Assembly (NCBI GenBank): GCA_051294375.1
Contig: CM119264.1
Coordinates: 4,439,606-4,503,605, forward strand
From: Paraspadella gotoi
Lineage: Eukaryota; Animalia; Chaetognatha
Direction: 5' to 3'
Length of the DNA: 64,000 nucleotides
Made by a program: the position numbers and the translations under genes. Under the pieces are notes generated by a model that worked only from the letters and a program-made list of their open reading frames with translations, searched no databases and had not been told where the DNA came from. This document shows positions 11,531 through 25,260 of the stretch, in pieces. Position 1 is the stretch's first letter. Each line of letters begins with the position of its first letter.

Positions 11531-14356
11531 TCGCTTTTCCGCTACGTCGACCGCGACGCTACTTCGCGCCAAAGCACTTTTGCACTTTTTTTTCGCTTAA
11601 TCGGTTTTCGCGAGTCGATAAAAAATACCCAAATGGTAGAAATGTCATCTTCCCTCGCCTTTTTNNNNNNNNNNNNNNNNNNNNNNNNNNNNNNNNNNNN
11701 NNNNNNNNNNNNNNNNNNNNNNNNNNNNNNNNNNNNNNNNNNNNNNNNNNNNNNNNNNNNNNNNNNNNNNNNNNNNNNNNNNNNNNNNNNNNNNNNNNNN
11801 NNNNNNNNNNNNNNNNNNNNNNNNNNNNNNNNNNNNNNNNNNNNNNNNNNNNNNNNNNNNNNNNNNNNNNNNNNNNNNNNNNNNNNNNNNNNNNNNNNNN
11901 NNNNNNNNNNNNNNNNNNNNNNNNNNNNNNNNNNNNNNNNNNNNNNNNCATTTTGGGAGACGCGAACTCAAACCGAATCATTTCTTTTTTGTTTCTCATT
12001 TTTTAGGCGACATTCTGGTTATTTAATAAATTTTATAAATAGATAAATATAAAAAAAGTTATACTATGACTGTACGGTATCATCCTTCGTCTCTTTCTGT
12101 GTATTAAATGATGAAAAAAATGTTGTTAATAAAGTATTTTCAATGTTTATGAAAAGGGAATATCATCAAGAGACCCAGAAAAAGAAATATCCGAGTCTCA
12201 ACTTCCCAAACGAAAATAAGTTTCTCTCATTCGAATCATTTTTTTCTTTTTTCTTTTTTCCTCAACGATGAAAAAAAAAGATTCTATTCCGATCNNNNNN
12301 NNNNNNNNNNNNNNNNNNNCACTGGAGTATGAAGTGGAGTCTAGTATATATAAGCTAAGCTTTTTAGTTGATATTTCCAGAAGAATAGCCTTTTTACGAC
12401 CGTTCGCGGGGAATGGGTATCATTAATTCGGAAACGAAAAGGAGAAGATAAATAAAGGAAGGAAGGAAAGAGAAAAGAACGTGCTGAGGATGTAAAGGAA
12501 AAACAGCAAGGGAGAGAGGTGCGGGAAGATTATGACGCTCACCCATCTAGACCCAAGGGCGGAGCAAATTTTATAGCATGGATATTGTGAAAATCACTGA
12601 GCGTTAACCCGATTTAGAGAGATAGGCACTCATCATCTCTACTCACTACATACAAGTCGAAAGGAAAATTTATCAGGAGAAGTGTGCGAAAGAAAGTAAC
12701 GGGGTAGACGCGGTTGGTCGGGGGCCATCTCCGTCTCTTAGTGAAAGCCTCTGGCGCTGCATCTTCATCTCTCTCTCGCTCTCGTCTCTCTCTCTTCCTC
12801 CTAAAAAAAAATTCAGTTCTCTACGGTTTCCGTGCAGGGCACAAGTTCCAAGACGCCCATCCCTATAAGACCTTTCGTTCTTCTCATTCCGGCCTCTCAT
12901 TACTCTTCCTCTTCTCGCCCCTCTCAGCCGCGCCAGTCCTCTCTCTCTCCTCGCCTCTCATCTCTCCCTCGCATCTCCGATCTCGTCGGCTCTCGCCCGT
13001 CCCGACTCGCCTCCCGTCCCCTGTCGTGCCATCTGCGCGCTCGGCTCTCCTCGTCTCTCTCTCTCTTCTTCCTCGCTCCTTTCTTCTCTCAGACTTTTTT
13101 TTATTTTATTTGTCTGTCAATTAAGTTTTATTTGCCCCTTGATAGACGGCGCTGGGGAGAGAGCGAGCGAGATCGGTGCTCGAGGCTTCCAGCGCAGAAT
13201 TTCTTTCTTTTTACTCAAAAATAAAAAAGGAAAAAAAGAAAGAAAGAGAGAATGGATCAGGAGCGAGACGTTCAGTCGAGATGAGGGATTAACTATTTCA
13301 CTGAATAAATGTTCAGTACTGAAAATAAACCAAAATGTAAACTGACTAAATTTATGAAACGAACAAAAATTTAAATTAAAAAAAAAATCAGTTTTAAAAA
13401 CTTGTTTCATCGGAAAGGAAACTTCTGTTGCAGGAAAAACTAGAACTCACCTCATATATGATATAATTATTTTACATTAGTTATTCAGACTAACTAGGTT
13501 TTTACTTTATATAAAATTTTGATGAAAAAATTTTTTTTTCTTGTTTCGAATTAAGTTAACGCAATATGAAACTTGTCACTTTGAGAAAATGAATCACCGA
13601 ATAAATTCAAATCTNNNNNNNNNNNNNNNNNNNNNNNNNTCTCTCTCTTCTCTCTCTCGATCCTCACAGATTTTTCTTGTCATCTCAGAATTCGGTTTCC
13701 TCTCATCTCCTCATCCCTATCTCATCCTTCAAATCCATCTCTGATTCTCATTATAGACCTGTCACTCTTCTCTTTAGTCAAAAAGGTGAAATTCCGGAAG
13801 CGAGAAGGTCGAAGAGAGCACGGGGAGAGCAAATAAATGACGGCTTAATCTGCGGATAATTTCCGGTCGGGATTAAAGGTGACAAAATGTTGGATTCCAA
13901 CGGAAGAGGTACTGGAGGAGAGAGAAAGAAAAATCGAGGGAGGGAGGCCGGACATGGGAACGAAGGAGAGTGCTCAGAACGGAATCTATCAGAATATATT
14001 AGTATGAATTACGGGTTCGCGGACCAAATTAGTCGAAAAAGACCAACCCGTCCTACATACAAAGAATGAAAACAAGAAATTCTGAGGCATTTTCCGTTTT
14101 TTATAGGAAGTCGGGAGAGGCGGGCCCTATTGCCCGAGAGAAACTCCCTCTCGTCCTTCTCTCCCTAGTGCGCACCACTTTCCCGCCTGAACTCTTTAAA
14201 CCCTCCCCCTTGGATCAGTTCTCCTCGTTTCTCTCTCTCTCACTCTCATCTTCTCCTTCATCCTCTTCTCCGAGTTCCCGTCATCCTCGCCGATGCAAAA
14301 GAAGGTCTCATCGGTCAAATCAATACTGATCGAATTGTCGCAGCAGGCTTGGGGAC

Positions 14357-17200
14357 AAAATATATACACGCTATTGCGTCTCGTCGTTATGAATTAACAA
14401 ACTCTGTTAAGCACTGGCATTCGCAGTCCCACAGTCGATCTCTCATGAAATAGGAGTTTAGAATATAAAAATATTCCTCGGGAAATCATTTGATGCAATT
14501 AAATCATATCTCTCATCATTAAACTTTGGTTGCGCTACCCGTGATAAAATTTCTATTTATAAGTGTCGATTTAAAGGAAGTCATTTTCATAAAACAAGCT
14601 TTTTCCCTTCACAATTGGAAATTACGATTTTGAGCGAGATATCATGGGTGTTATCAGAGTTCTAATAGCGCACTCAAGTTGATAATATATGATAACTCAC
14701 AAATTAGGATTATATGATTATGGATTAGTAGTTATTTACAGAATTAATCGAGAAAATCAATGTCCTTTCATAAATTCTTACGAAACATTCATTTTGGTTC
14801 GCGAGAATCTAAAAAAAAGGAAATTGAAGAATGTAGTAGAATTTTATAAAAATCTTTGCGTCAAATTATATATAATAACAAATAATCGAAAAAAATGAAC
14901 TCATAACGTCTGTCGCAAAAGGAGAAGAGAAAAAAAAAAACACAGAATGCTATGTTATTCTTTTTCAATTCTCCTCCAATCACTAGCAAAAAAAAAAGTT
15001 AAACCTCTATTTGGGCTGAAAAAAAAGAGGACGGAAGGAAATGGAGGAAATAGGGAAGGAAAAGAGGAACAGGTATTGGAGAAAGGAAAGAGTCCAAAGC
15101 GCAAGGCCATACGGAAGTCAGATTGCAGAGGTAGCGGATAAAACAAATGAAGGAAGGTCAAGCCGCGAAGGAATGGGACAAAGTAAGGAATTAGGAGGAA
15201 AGTGGAAAAGGAAAGATAAGGTTTGAGAGGTGGAGATGTAGCGACAGATAAGAAATAAACTGTATATTATGTTTCCCCTTTTATTGTTTTCGTGATCATT
15301 CTTATTTGTACCTTTGAGATCATTATACTGTTGTATTATTTTTTTTTTATGTGAGGTAAGGAGCAAAAAGAACGAGACTTTCAGGCTCCTTTTGTCGAGT
15401 AGGTGGAGTAGGACATGACGAAGGAAAGAGAGAAAGGTGAGGAAGGAAAGGAAAGGTAAAAAGGGAAAGATGAGTTAGTAGAGCAGAAATGCTGGGAAGG
15501 ATTAAAAGTGTAAGTTTTTTTGAGAATCGGAAAAGAGAATGAGAGACGAGTTCTATTCACATTGTTCTGAGAGAAGGAGAAGGAAAGGAGAAATGGAAGA
15601 TATATGGCGTTTGTACGAGGTGAGGTATGTAATGAAAGAAAGTCAGGGAAGGATTGAGAAAAAGTCGAAGAGGCGTAATGCAGAAAAGAGAGAGAGATAA
15701 AGTTTTGAGAGTGAGGAGTGTAAGGGAAGTAGAAAAAAGGAGGGAGATTGAGAAAGGAAAGGAAAGGAGAAGCGGATAAGATCAGGTTTGAGAGGTGGAG
15801 GTAGGAAGAAAGAAAAAGAGAAGGATTGAGCACAAGGAAAGGAAAGAGAAAAGGAAAGATTTAGGTTTGAGAGGCATGGAAGGTAGGAAATGAGAACAGA
15901 TCAAGAGGAAGGTTGAGAAAGGAAAGAGAAAGGACGCAAAAGAGAAGCAGATAGGTTTGAGAAGGTTGTAAGAAATCAAGATACAAAGAGGAGGAAGTAT
16001 TAAGAAAGAAGAAACTATAGAACGTGAAGGATGACGGGAAAAAAAAGGAGACGAGAAGTTTAAAGGGGTTAAAAGAGAAAGAAGATGGAAAAATTTGAAA
16101 GGGGCAGGGTTTTAGACATTAGGGGGCGGGTCGAGGGGGTAGGGGGTTGGAAGAGTCAGGCGGAGGTGAAAAGAAGGAAAGGCCAACGGACACGGTCGGG
16201 GGAGGCAATATTGCATTGATCCATCATCGTCTTTGACTAGAATTATTGAGTTCCGAGGATTTAAAGGCAGAACGAATCAGAAAAAGGGGAATCGCGTCGA
16301 AATGAATGCCGAGGAGGTCCCACGCGACCAATAGGGGACTCGAACTCCGGGCTCAGACGGGCCAATCAGGGGCGAGGAACGACGACGAACGAAGGAAAAG
16401 GGCAGCGGGCAGAGAGAGGCGAGAACGCAACTGCAAATCGGGTGGTTCGAGCCCGTAATGATTGATTGCCTAATTCCTGAGGCTCACCAGCGAAAAAATG
16501 AACTTACCGGCATAAGTTACCATTCGTCCAGAGGCCACAATCAGCGGAAGAAGAGGAAGGAGTGTGGGTGCAAGAGTCCAGGAAACCCAGGATACGAAAA
16601 GCGGGGGCGCATGAAAAGGTCACTCGATTTTTTTTCTTTCGAAAGTGTCAAGGTAAACAGGAGGAAGTACCTACTTGATTGATGAGTGTAATGGTTATAG
16701 GGACTCTTTTAATTATGAGAGGAGATTTTGGAGACTGTTGTGGGCTCGCTATACAGATGGGTTTTTCTAAAAAACAAATAATATGTATACCGGCGGCATT
16801 CCGCCGAATTAAAATTTAGAACGTTCACGGAGAACCAGGAGCGGTATATAACGGTACATCGCCGTTTCGGAATAGGGCCGCCCGTCGTCAAGCCGTTTGT
16901 AATACACAGTGGGATTAAGAGGAGCTATACGACGCACAAAAATTTCCTTCGAGACAGCCACACTATCATTTTACCTTTATGTATCCGCATTCCAATCCAT
17001 GTTTCCCAGATACTTGGTTTTTAAGCGGATCGAAGACTTTTTCATAGGACTCGGTGTGTGACACTAATACCACATACCGATTTGGCTCCACTTGATCTTG
17101 CCATTATTCACAATGTGATTTATTCTTCAAAAAACATTTTTTTCCCACCTTTCTAAAAGCGATATGCCCAACGATTCTCGGAGTTCAACTCTCTAATGAG
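14357..17200 (+). repeat. Insertion-rich direct copy of 26794-28370
   Basis: Colinear anchors: atgaattaacaa..ctgttaagcact (14389/26818), tttggttcgcgagaat, gatccatcatcgtct, gacgggccaatcaggg, tttttctaaaaaacaaataatatgtata, ttcttcaaaaa.catttttt. Confidence 0.85.
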
Positions 17201-20077
17201 TATGGGGAACCCTAATGGTCCCTCCTAACTAAGCCGCCCGTTGTATCGAGGGTAAGTGCGCCTCGACATAAGGTCCCTCACAAAAGATGGGCAATCTAGG
17301 TAAGCTAAAGCGGGAACCGGGGCCCGAATAATAAACTGGGGACGCAAGCGGGGTAGACAAGACGAGCCCACTAACCCTATAGGGGCACATTGCATTAGGG
17401 TGATGCCTTCATTCGGGGGCTCCATTAATTAGGTCGGCCGCGGTAGAATCAGAACACGCAAAAAAAATGGGCATTTGAATCCCTATGAAGAATAGAGAGC
17501 TTTTTGTAACTGGGGTATTTTTGCCAGGTTGTTATTGGTCAGTCCCGTAATATGTTATTTCCTAATAACTGATACTGTCTCTGTATTGAAAGCTGTATAA
17601 AAGACGATGCGCTTTTCTGGTAATCCACCAAAATCGTCAGCTGAAATGAAAACAAACGCTAAAAACCCTAGCCGACTCGAGCCTGGAGCTTATCTCCGGG
17701 AGGAGGGGCAGGAAGGATTCTTAGGCCTGAAAATCGATAATATGATGAGGAAACACGGTGCATTCAGATGGCCGGCTTTCTCATAACCCTACTCTTGACA
17801 CACGTCGTCTGTATTCGCCTGTCTCGACCTTTTCCTTCTAGCTGCTCTCATTCCTACCCTCTATTTGCCGAGAGATGGCGTAAAAACTCCATCCGCCCCA
17901 CCCTGAATGGCGTGAAGAACGCTCATCGCTGGTGGTGCGTGGTTGAGTGTGACCATTCTTCAAAACCGAGTGCGAAGAGAGCGCCTGCATATGATCGCCG
18001 ACAGAGAGAGAAGAGACGAGAGAAGAGAGAAACGCAGCGGATGCTTAGTGGTCCCGTGGACATATCACCAAAGCTCTGCTTCCTGCGAGTGGGGGGACCA
18101 TCTAGACTCATAAGTCACATCTCTCATCTCTATCCGAATCCATGAGGAAGCGCGAAAAAAAAAAGGGTGAGATGTTAAATGAATCCCAGTGAGGGTTTAC
18201 GTAAACAAATACATCCGTTCCTCCAGCGCCGATGCAAATTTTTGTTCTTCGGATTCTCTCTCAAATCACGTCGCTTCAACACTGCTACTATCAATGTCAC
18301 CCGAAACTCCCTCTTTCAAAAACATCAATTTCAAATACGTTACTCACATAAATCAAATCTCAATACTCAATATAAATCCGGTCTGCAATGATCAGGGGTT
18401 GATCCTGGCAATTTCTGGGCAGCCATGATCAGAGATACAAAGTTTTTCGGAATTCTAAGAGACTGGATACATGTGCACTGATAAGGCGATCAGATAAATG
18501 AACGCAGGAACTACAAGAAACAGAGGCGGGTTCGAGGTGCGTCCCTATCAGTACGCCGGCCGTGGGACGGGTTTCTACGTCAGTACATTTTTTATCTGTG
18601 CATCTGTATTTTTTTTTGCGAGACTAGAAAACGTGTCTCAACTTGTTCTTTTTTCCCCTGGGCGACGGGGCTCGTCCGGACTAATGAGGATCGACGCTAC
18701 TTTGAGTTTGGCGTGTCGCCGTAGCATCAGTCACTCTAATTACCCGATGGAGTTCATCCTCAACCAATAATCGTCGAGAGCGAGATCAGGGTAAGACAAC
18801 TTTTTTAATTTTCTAAGGCTAGCGACCCTCTTTTATGCCGGGGACTCTGGATCCGCCTTCCCACGCCGCGTCCAACTCTCGTGGAGGCTCGATTTCGATG
18901 GCCAGGGCGCTCTGGGACACTGCGCTGGCTAATGGACTGCAGTGGACTTTCGCCCGCTCTTTCGCACCACCTTCCTTCCCAGACCTGTGCCGAGCGTCTG
19001 AAAGACCACTCAAACTACGAAGGTTTGACCGTCTCACGAGACACACCCTCAATGTTATTGGTCGGAGAGAACGCCCTTGTCTTTTTCGGGAAAATAAAGG
19101 GAGAGAAAAATAGAGATACAGGGAAGTACATTGGGAAGAGCGGCAAGGGATGATTTAGCTGGGTGAAAAATTGATTCCAAAAAAAGCCGAAGGTTTAATT
19201 TTTCGGGGCTTTATTTTCTTTCGATGGGGAGGCCGAAACGCCCGCTTGATAAATGATGATTCGACAAGACGCGCATTTTCTGGAACTGATTTGTCAATCT
19301 CCCAGTTCTTTTCTAATTTTTTTTTGTTTCTTTTCTGTTTTTTTTTTGCGGCCAGAATTAGTCCGTCATGTTCATAAGGCTTATGCCAACTATTCCAATT
19401 CCTGTTGAAGAGAGAAACAAAAATTAAGTGATATGAAAAAAGTAAGGAATATATGGTGAAAGTTCTTGAGTACTGACAAAGATCAAAATGTCGACAGTTT
19501 TGGAGGAGAGTATAAGAAAATAAAAAGTTCCACAAACTGCCCGGGATAAAAAAAAAAAAATTTGTTTTTCTGGGACAACAAGAAAAAATGTGAAACGTAA
19601 ATGATTCCTCTGTGCCACCGCGGAGAAGGCCACGCAAGGAAATTGTATGAAATTAAAAACAGGTATGCGGTTTTTGCAAGAGTGTCATGTAATGGGCTTC
19701 TTATGCCTCAGAGCGGATGCTAAAAATAATATCACAAGGCCGATGAGAGATGAGGAGAGAGAGGAGAGAAGGTAGAGAGAGAGAGAGAGCAAAGAGAAGA
19801 TCTAGCTTGACAGAGATGGAAAAACCTTAGCCACTGTTTTATTGTCAATTCGAAGGTTAGCAATTTTTTTCTTTTACCCCCGCGTCAAAGGTAATGAAGC
19901 AGTCCAAAGAAGAAAAGGTCAACGGTGTCGAAAGTGAAGCAATAAAGCCAGTAGGAATTTGTGTTGCGTCGTTCCGCGTCGAGTTTGTTGTTGTTTTTTT
20001 GTTTGTGTGCGGTTGCTGAGAAAAAAATAATTTATATGAAAGAGATGAGCAAGACCATACACGACAAATGTAATACC

Positions 20078-20118
<41 letters not shown>

Positions 20119-22014
20119 GCTGAGCTGTTAGAATTCGTGAGGAAGTGTAGTCGTTATATGCGTTTCGCGAGGACTACGAGGAAGCGACAAGCAAAGTTTC
20201 TTTTTTAAAAAGCATTCATTACTTCCGTGTTACTGTCACATAGTAGGAAGATTATAATTATAATTAAAATTATAAATTAATATTATAAATAGGCAATACT
20301 AGAAAGGAGTATTTAAAAAGGCCTAAAACACAAGGTATTTTGGGCAAAAAACTGGAAGTTGTTAAAAATAAATTACGACGTCCAATCGCGGTTGACGATT
20401 GAGGATGCGTGCATAGAACTTGGATGCCACCCTAGTGGAAGAGTCATGTGTGTTGTCACGGTCTCAAATACTAAACGGCTAACACAAAAGAAAAGTGGCA
20501 AAAACATGTCCCACACTGCCCTTCTTCTATTTTTGCTAAACAGTTTAACACCTCGTACGGGGCCCATCAGCCCCTTCCAGGATGTAAGCCTACCCCCTCA
20601 ACTCAACTTGCCGTCATGTACACAGCCTGTAGACTACCTTTTTCTAACGATGTTATGTTCCACTCTGGGAAAAATGACGCACCTGCTGTCGAAACAGGGG
20701 GGAGTAGGCCGCATGGTATGGAGAGGCAGGATGGAGATGAGGTTCGGGCGTCGTTTAATTATTCACAACAGACGTGTCAGCGGAAATATGATGACCAATC
20801 TTCGACGAGACGACGACGCGACGACGACGAACGACGGAACGGCCGACGGGCGATTTATGAGCTCCTGGTACGAGTGGATGGTAGCTTCAGCAGTTGGGCT
20901 GTCGTTACGTCGTTGTCGGTGCGAAAGAGCTACGTGTTGTCATCAGCAGAAAGGCCAAGGTAGACAAAATACGTGAAACGCTTGGCAGGAAACTAACGCC
21001 CCATTATGGCCCGTTGCGAGCGGGGATGAACAGATTTCTAGCACGTCGCTAGGTTATTGCTTCTGTACCTCTGCCTCCCTCTGGCTCTCTCATGTCGCTC
21101 ATAGATCGGGCTCTCAGTATTTTCCAGACTCTGCTTATCTCCTTTCCATTGTTTCTCGACTCCTCTTGCTGCTACTCTCATCCTTGTCATATTCATTCTT
21201 CTCGTCGTAGCTGCGTCCCGTGCTCCTCCCTCTTCTTACTCTACTGGACGGCCGCCTTACGCACCGGTGGACAGACGACCTCGCCTCTTTTTTCTCCTCG
21301 GCTGCTTCCTCTTCTTTCCTCTTCCCGTATGCATAATGATATATTGCGCTGACCAGTCGGCCTCCTGCTCTGCCATCGAAACCAACTACTGGCCTGTCTT
21401 ACTCGGGGTCAGGCACTGCAATCCGAATGGCCATGGAGGATAACATCATGGTTTCTTTCGTTTTTTTTTATCCTGCCTCCCGAAGAAAAGAATGCCACGT
21501 TTTTTTTTGTGTTGGTTTTCTTTCAATTAAACAATTGTTTTTGTTCTAAGCGGAAGGAAACTGTTAAACGAAATATTAGGAAACATTTACAAAATTCTTC
21601 TCGGTTTCCCCGGCTCTGACTTGTTTTTTAATTGTTATGAACCTTACATTTACTTTTAAAAAACATTTTAAATATAACAGGACAAAGCTACGATCGAGTT
21701 TCAAAATGTCATTTAACCGTATTCATATTTTTAAACATTCTCCTAACTTAAATGGCTAAATCTAATAGATTTAACCATGATTTGGCTGTCAAACGGAAGG
21801 AAAAAACAAAGTCGAAGTTGATGATAAATATTTTTCGGCACACCACGACTGACAGGCGAGTGGCGGGCAATAAAACATCATACTTCGGCATGATGTTAAA
21901 TCTCGTGAGTCAAAAGTTTACGCAAGAGCCTAAAGTTTAAAGGTGACTGGACACCGGACAATCTTAATCGGGCAGTTTAGGCAATGACAATCGCGGATTG
22001 TGAAAATGGACATC

Positions 22015-22490
22015 ATTCGAAATGTGGGACAGAGTGTTGGACAGTTTTGTGATCTGTTAATTGAGAAGCATGAACATCCTTGAATTGCAAGTGTTGCGTG
22101 TCATTGTGATCTGTAATGAAAATGACATCTTGAAGTTGACAAGTGTTAGGCGTGTCTTTGAACTTCTGTCTAATGAAAATGAACATCTTGAATTGACAGT
22201 TGGCGTGTCTTGTGATCTGTAAATATGTGAAAAATGATCGCGATCTTGAATTGACAAGTGTAGCGTGTGCTTGTGATCTAGTAAGAAAAATGACAGTTCT
22301 GAATGACACAAGTGTGGCGTGGTCTTGTGAGCTGTGAATTGAAATGAACATCTTGAATTGACAAATGTGGCGGTCTTGTGATTGTAAGAAATGACACTTG
22401 AATTGACAAGGTTTGGCAGTGTCTTGTGATCTGTATATTGAAAAAATGACATCTTGAAGCTTGACAAGATGTTTGCACGTGTCTTGGTCG
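22015..22490. repeat. Tandem repeat, ~55-60-bp unit, about 8 noisy copies
   Basis: Recurring acatcttgaattgacaagtgt.gcgtgtcttgtgatctgtaa..gaaaatg with no unique spacers. Confidence 0.85.
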
Positions 22491-25229
22491 ATCCTCGGTC
22501 GTATATTCGATAATCTAAGGAAAAAAAAAAAACAAACTTTTGTAGTCTTCTGCTTTTTCATTTGGGGATTTTGACACAGAAGTCACACATATCGTCTCCC
22601 CGTTTTTGTTTTTTTAACTTTGTTGATTATGCTTCTTTTCAAATTGTAAAGAAGCGAAGATGCTAAGGTCTTTTCCTGCGAAAATATTCGAGAGGCAAAG
22701 TCCACGGGTGGTATCTTTTGCCTTAGGGATGCTAACCTTTTCTAACGCCGCCTGTTCACCTATACATTACGATCCGAATGAGAATGAAGTCGTTGTCGAC
22801 GGTAGCCGACTCACATCGAGACGAACGATGAGGCGGATCGAGGATAGCGCTACGGGAGAGAAGAGGCTGCGCGACCCAAGACGACTGTCCGGGGACCTAA
22901 AAGAGGCTTCTCCATTTGCCTCTATCTTCGCCGCTGTCCTCGATCCAGCCTCGAAGACCACTCACGCCTGCCCAGCGTGCGGCCCTCGCCCTATGTTGCC
23001 AAATTGACGTTCCCTTGGTCTCCTCTCTCTCGGTTCTCTCGCGCGTGCAATCTCTCTCATCTCCTCGTCTCCGTTCTCATCCGCAGGCGTTCTGTCTCTT
23101 CCTCTCTCGCCCATCTCTCCTCTCTCCCTCTCGGTCCTCTCCTCCTCGGTCTCTCTCTCGTCGCATTAGAACCATCGGCTGCCCTCTGGGCCGTCGTGCA
23201 AATCTGACGCTTCCTCATCGACGTGTCAATGTTCTTCGGCGGTGGTTCGGCGCCGCTTCAAATACCAGCCTCTTCCTCAAATCCTCCGCTTGTGACCGCA
23301 TTGACTCTCCTCTCTCTCTCTCTCGACTCTCGCTTCTCATCCACCCTCTTCGCTCCTCGGGCTGTCTCTCATGTGCATCTCTCGTCGTCTCTCTTACATC
23401 TCTCTCTTCTGTCTCCAGTCTCATCACTGCGCGCCCAATGGCAGCCGATGACGCGCGGTCAATCGGCTCGCTTTGCTCCTTGCTCTCACTCTCTCATGAC
23501 TTCCGCCCCCTTGAATCCCCTCTCCTTTCGAGGTCAATGACGGGGTCCTAGTCATTGGCGCGGTTATGCGGATCTCTGGCTTTTGGTCCCGTCGAGCGAA
23601 GCAGGGATTCCGCCGAAAGTGATACCCGCCAAAGCCAGATTGATGGTCGTTGATCGCGATGATCGGATATAGAGGCAAAGGAGAGCGGTCTCGGAACCGG
23701 GAATCCGACATATCATGCGCTGATCCCAAAGAGAGAAATCCATCCGCCGCACGAATGAGAGAGAGTAGTAGAGAGAGGAAGAGAGAGATGAGAGAGAAGA
23801 GAGATGAGAGAGAGAGAGAGAGAGAGCAGGAGGAGAGAGAGGAGATGAGATAGAATAGAGAGAGAGAGAGAGAGAGAGGAGCAAGAGGAGGAGGAAGGAG
23901 AGAGACAGAGAGACGAGAGAGAGGGAGAGAGAGCGAGCGCACTAGAAGTCTTGATTTGAGTAATGCATATAACAGGCGGTCAATCTGGCTGCGAACGATG
24001 GCGCGGTATCTGAGTGACAGGCAATGGTATTCCGACGAGTTGAAAAATCAGTCGTTGGCTTCGACCGATCCTTGTGTTTTTAGTTTTTTTCTTTCTTCAG
24101 TTTGTTGTTTTTTTTTTGTAACTTAACTTTGGGGATCATAGGAAAACAACGAGACCGTGAGAATTCTCGCTTTGCATATTTAATTAAAAAAGAACTAACA
24201 AAACAGGAAAATAAAATCAGCGTAGGCTCCCGCACAAAAATCTGGGAATTTAGTCAAATACAAGTACAGATAACCGACAACAAATTACTAACAAAATTTG
24301 AAAGTCTTTCCTTTTTTTTCTGCTTTCTGGATTTCCTTCGCGTTAAATCGGATTCGACGAGAGGACAAAAAGAGAGAGACAGAGAGAGAGAGAGAGATGA
24401 GAGAAGAGAGAGAGAAAGAAGAGAGAGAAGAGAGAGAGAGCAGATGAGAATTAATCCTAAACTAAAGGCACTGACTGCCGCTTGTTTTGCGACCGATCTC
24501 GTCTTGTGTCTTATTCTCGTCTTGTCCGCATTGTTGGCGCCTTAATGGCACCAGTGGATCGTTGCTCATGTTCTTGATCGTATCCGTATTGTGCGAGGTT
24601 GTCATTTCGTTTGTTCTCCAGTTATCAGAAGTCTATGTCTCATTCTGAGAGATATTGCTGCACTTATCTTCTCCGTGGAGAAAGCTGTTGCATGTATTGC
24701 GGTTGTAGGTTATGGAACAGGCACCTCCGGTCTTCGGACTCGTGAAAGTTGTTAGATAAGCGGCAAACACAACTTTCTAAGATAGCTTGAATGTTGCGTT
24801 TTCATGTTTGAACTTTTAGTCCATTATATGGCAAATTCATCGCTGTTCGAGTGTGTTCGATCTATGTTTTTATCGTCTGGTACTCTACCTTCGATTAAAA
24901 TTTCTCATAAAAGATTTTAAAAAAAAGAACGGAAAAAATCTCTATCTGTCGTCGTGAGTGACAGGCTCTCTCCCTGCGCTGATCTAAACTTGTATCATTC
25001 GCTCTTCTCTCTTCTCTTCTCTTATTCTCTCTCTCTCTTCTCCGTCCATCTCTCGATTCTCTGCTCTCTCCCTCCTCGTTCTGTCTTACTTCCGCGCCCT
25101 CACTGCTTCCCATCTTACTCTTCTCAATGTTGTTCCTTGCAAATGCGGATTGAACGCTCGCTGACAGGACAAAATACCAGGTGTAGGAGGAAACCGATGG
25201 AAAGAAGGGGAAGAAAGAGAGAGAGAAGA

Positions 25230-25260
<31 letters not shown>

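Noticed and set aside
8151-11572. Phe/Ser/Pro-rich ORFs (8151-8957, 10692-11572) resembling membrane proteins
   Set aside because: These are translations of purine/pyrimidine minisatellites.
22015-22490. CRISPR-like array
   Set aside because: Units are tandem and similar along their whole length with no unique spacers. There are no cas genes, and the context is eukaryotic.
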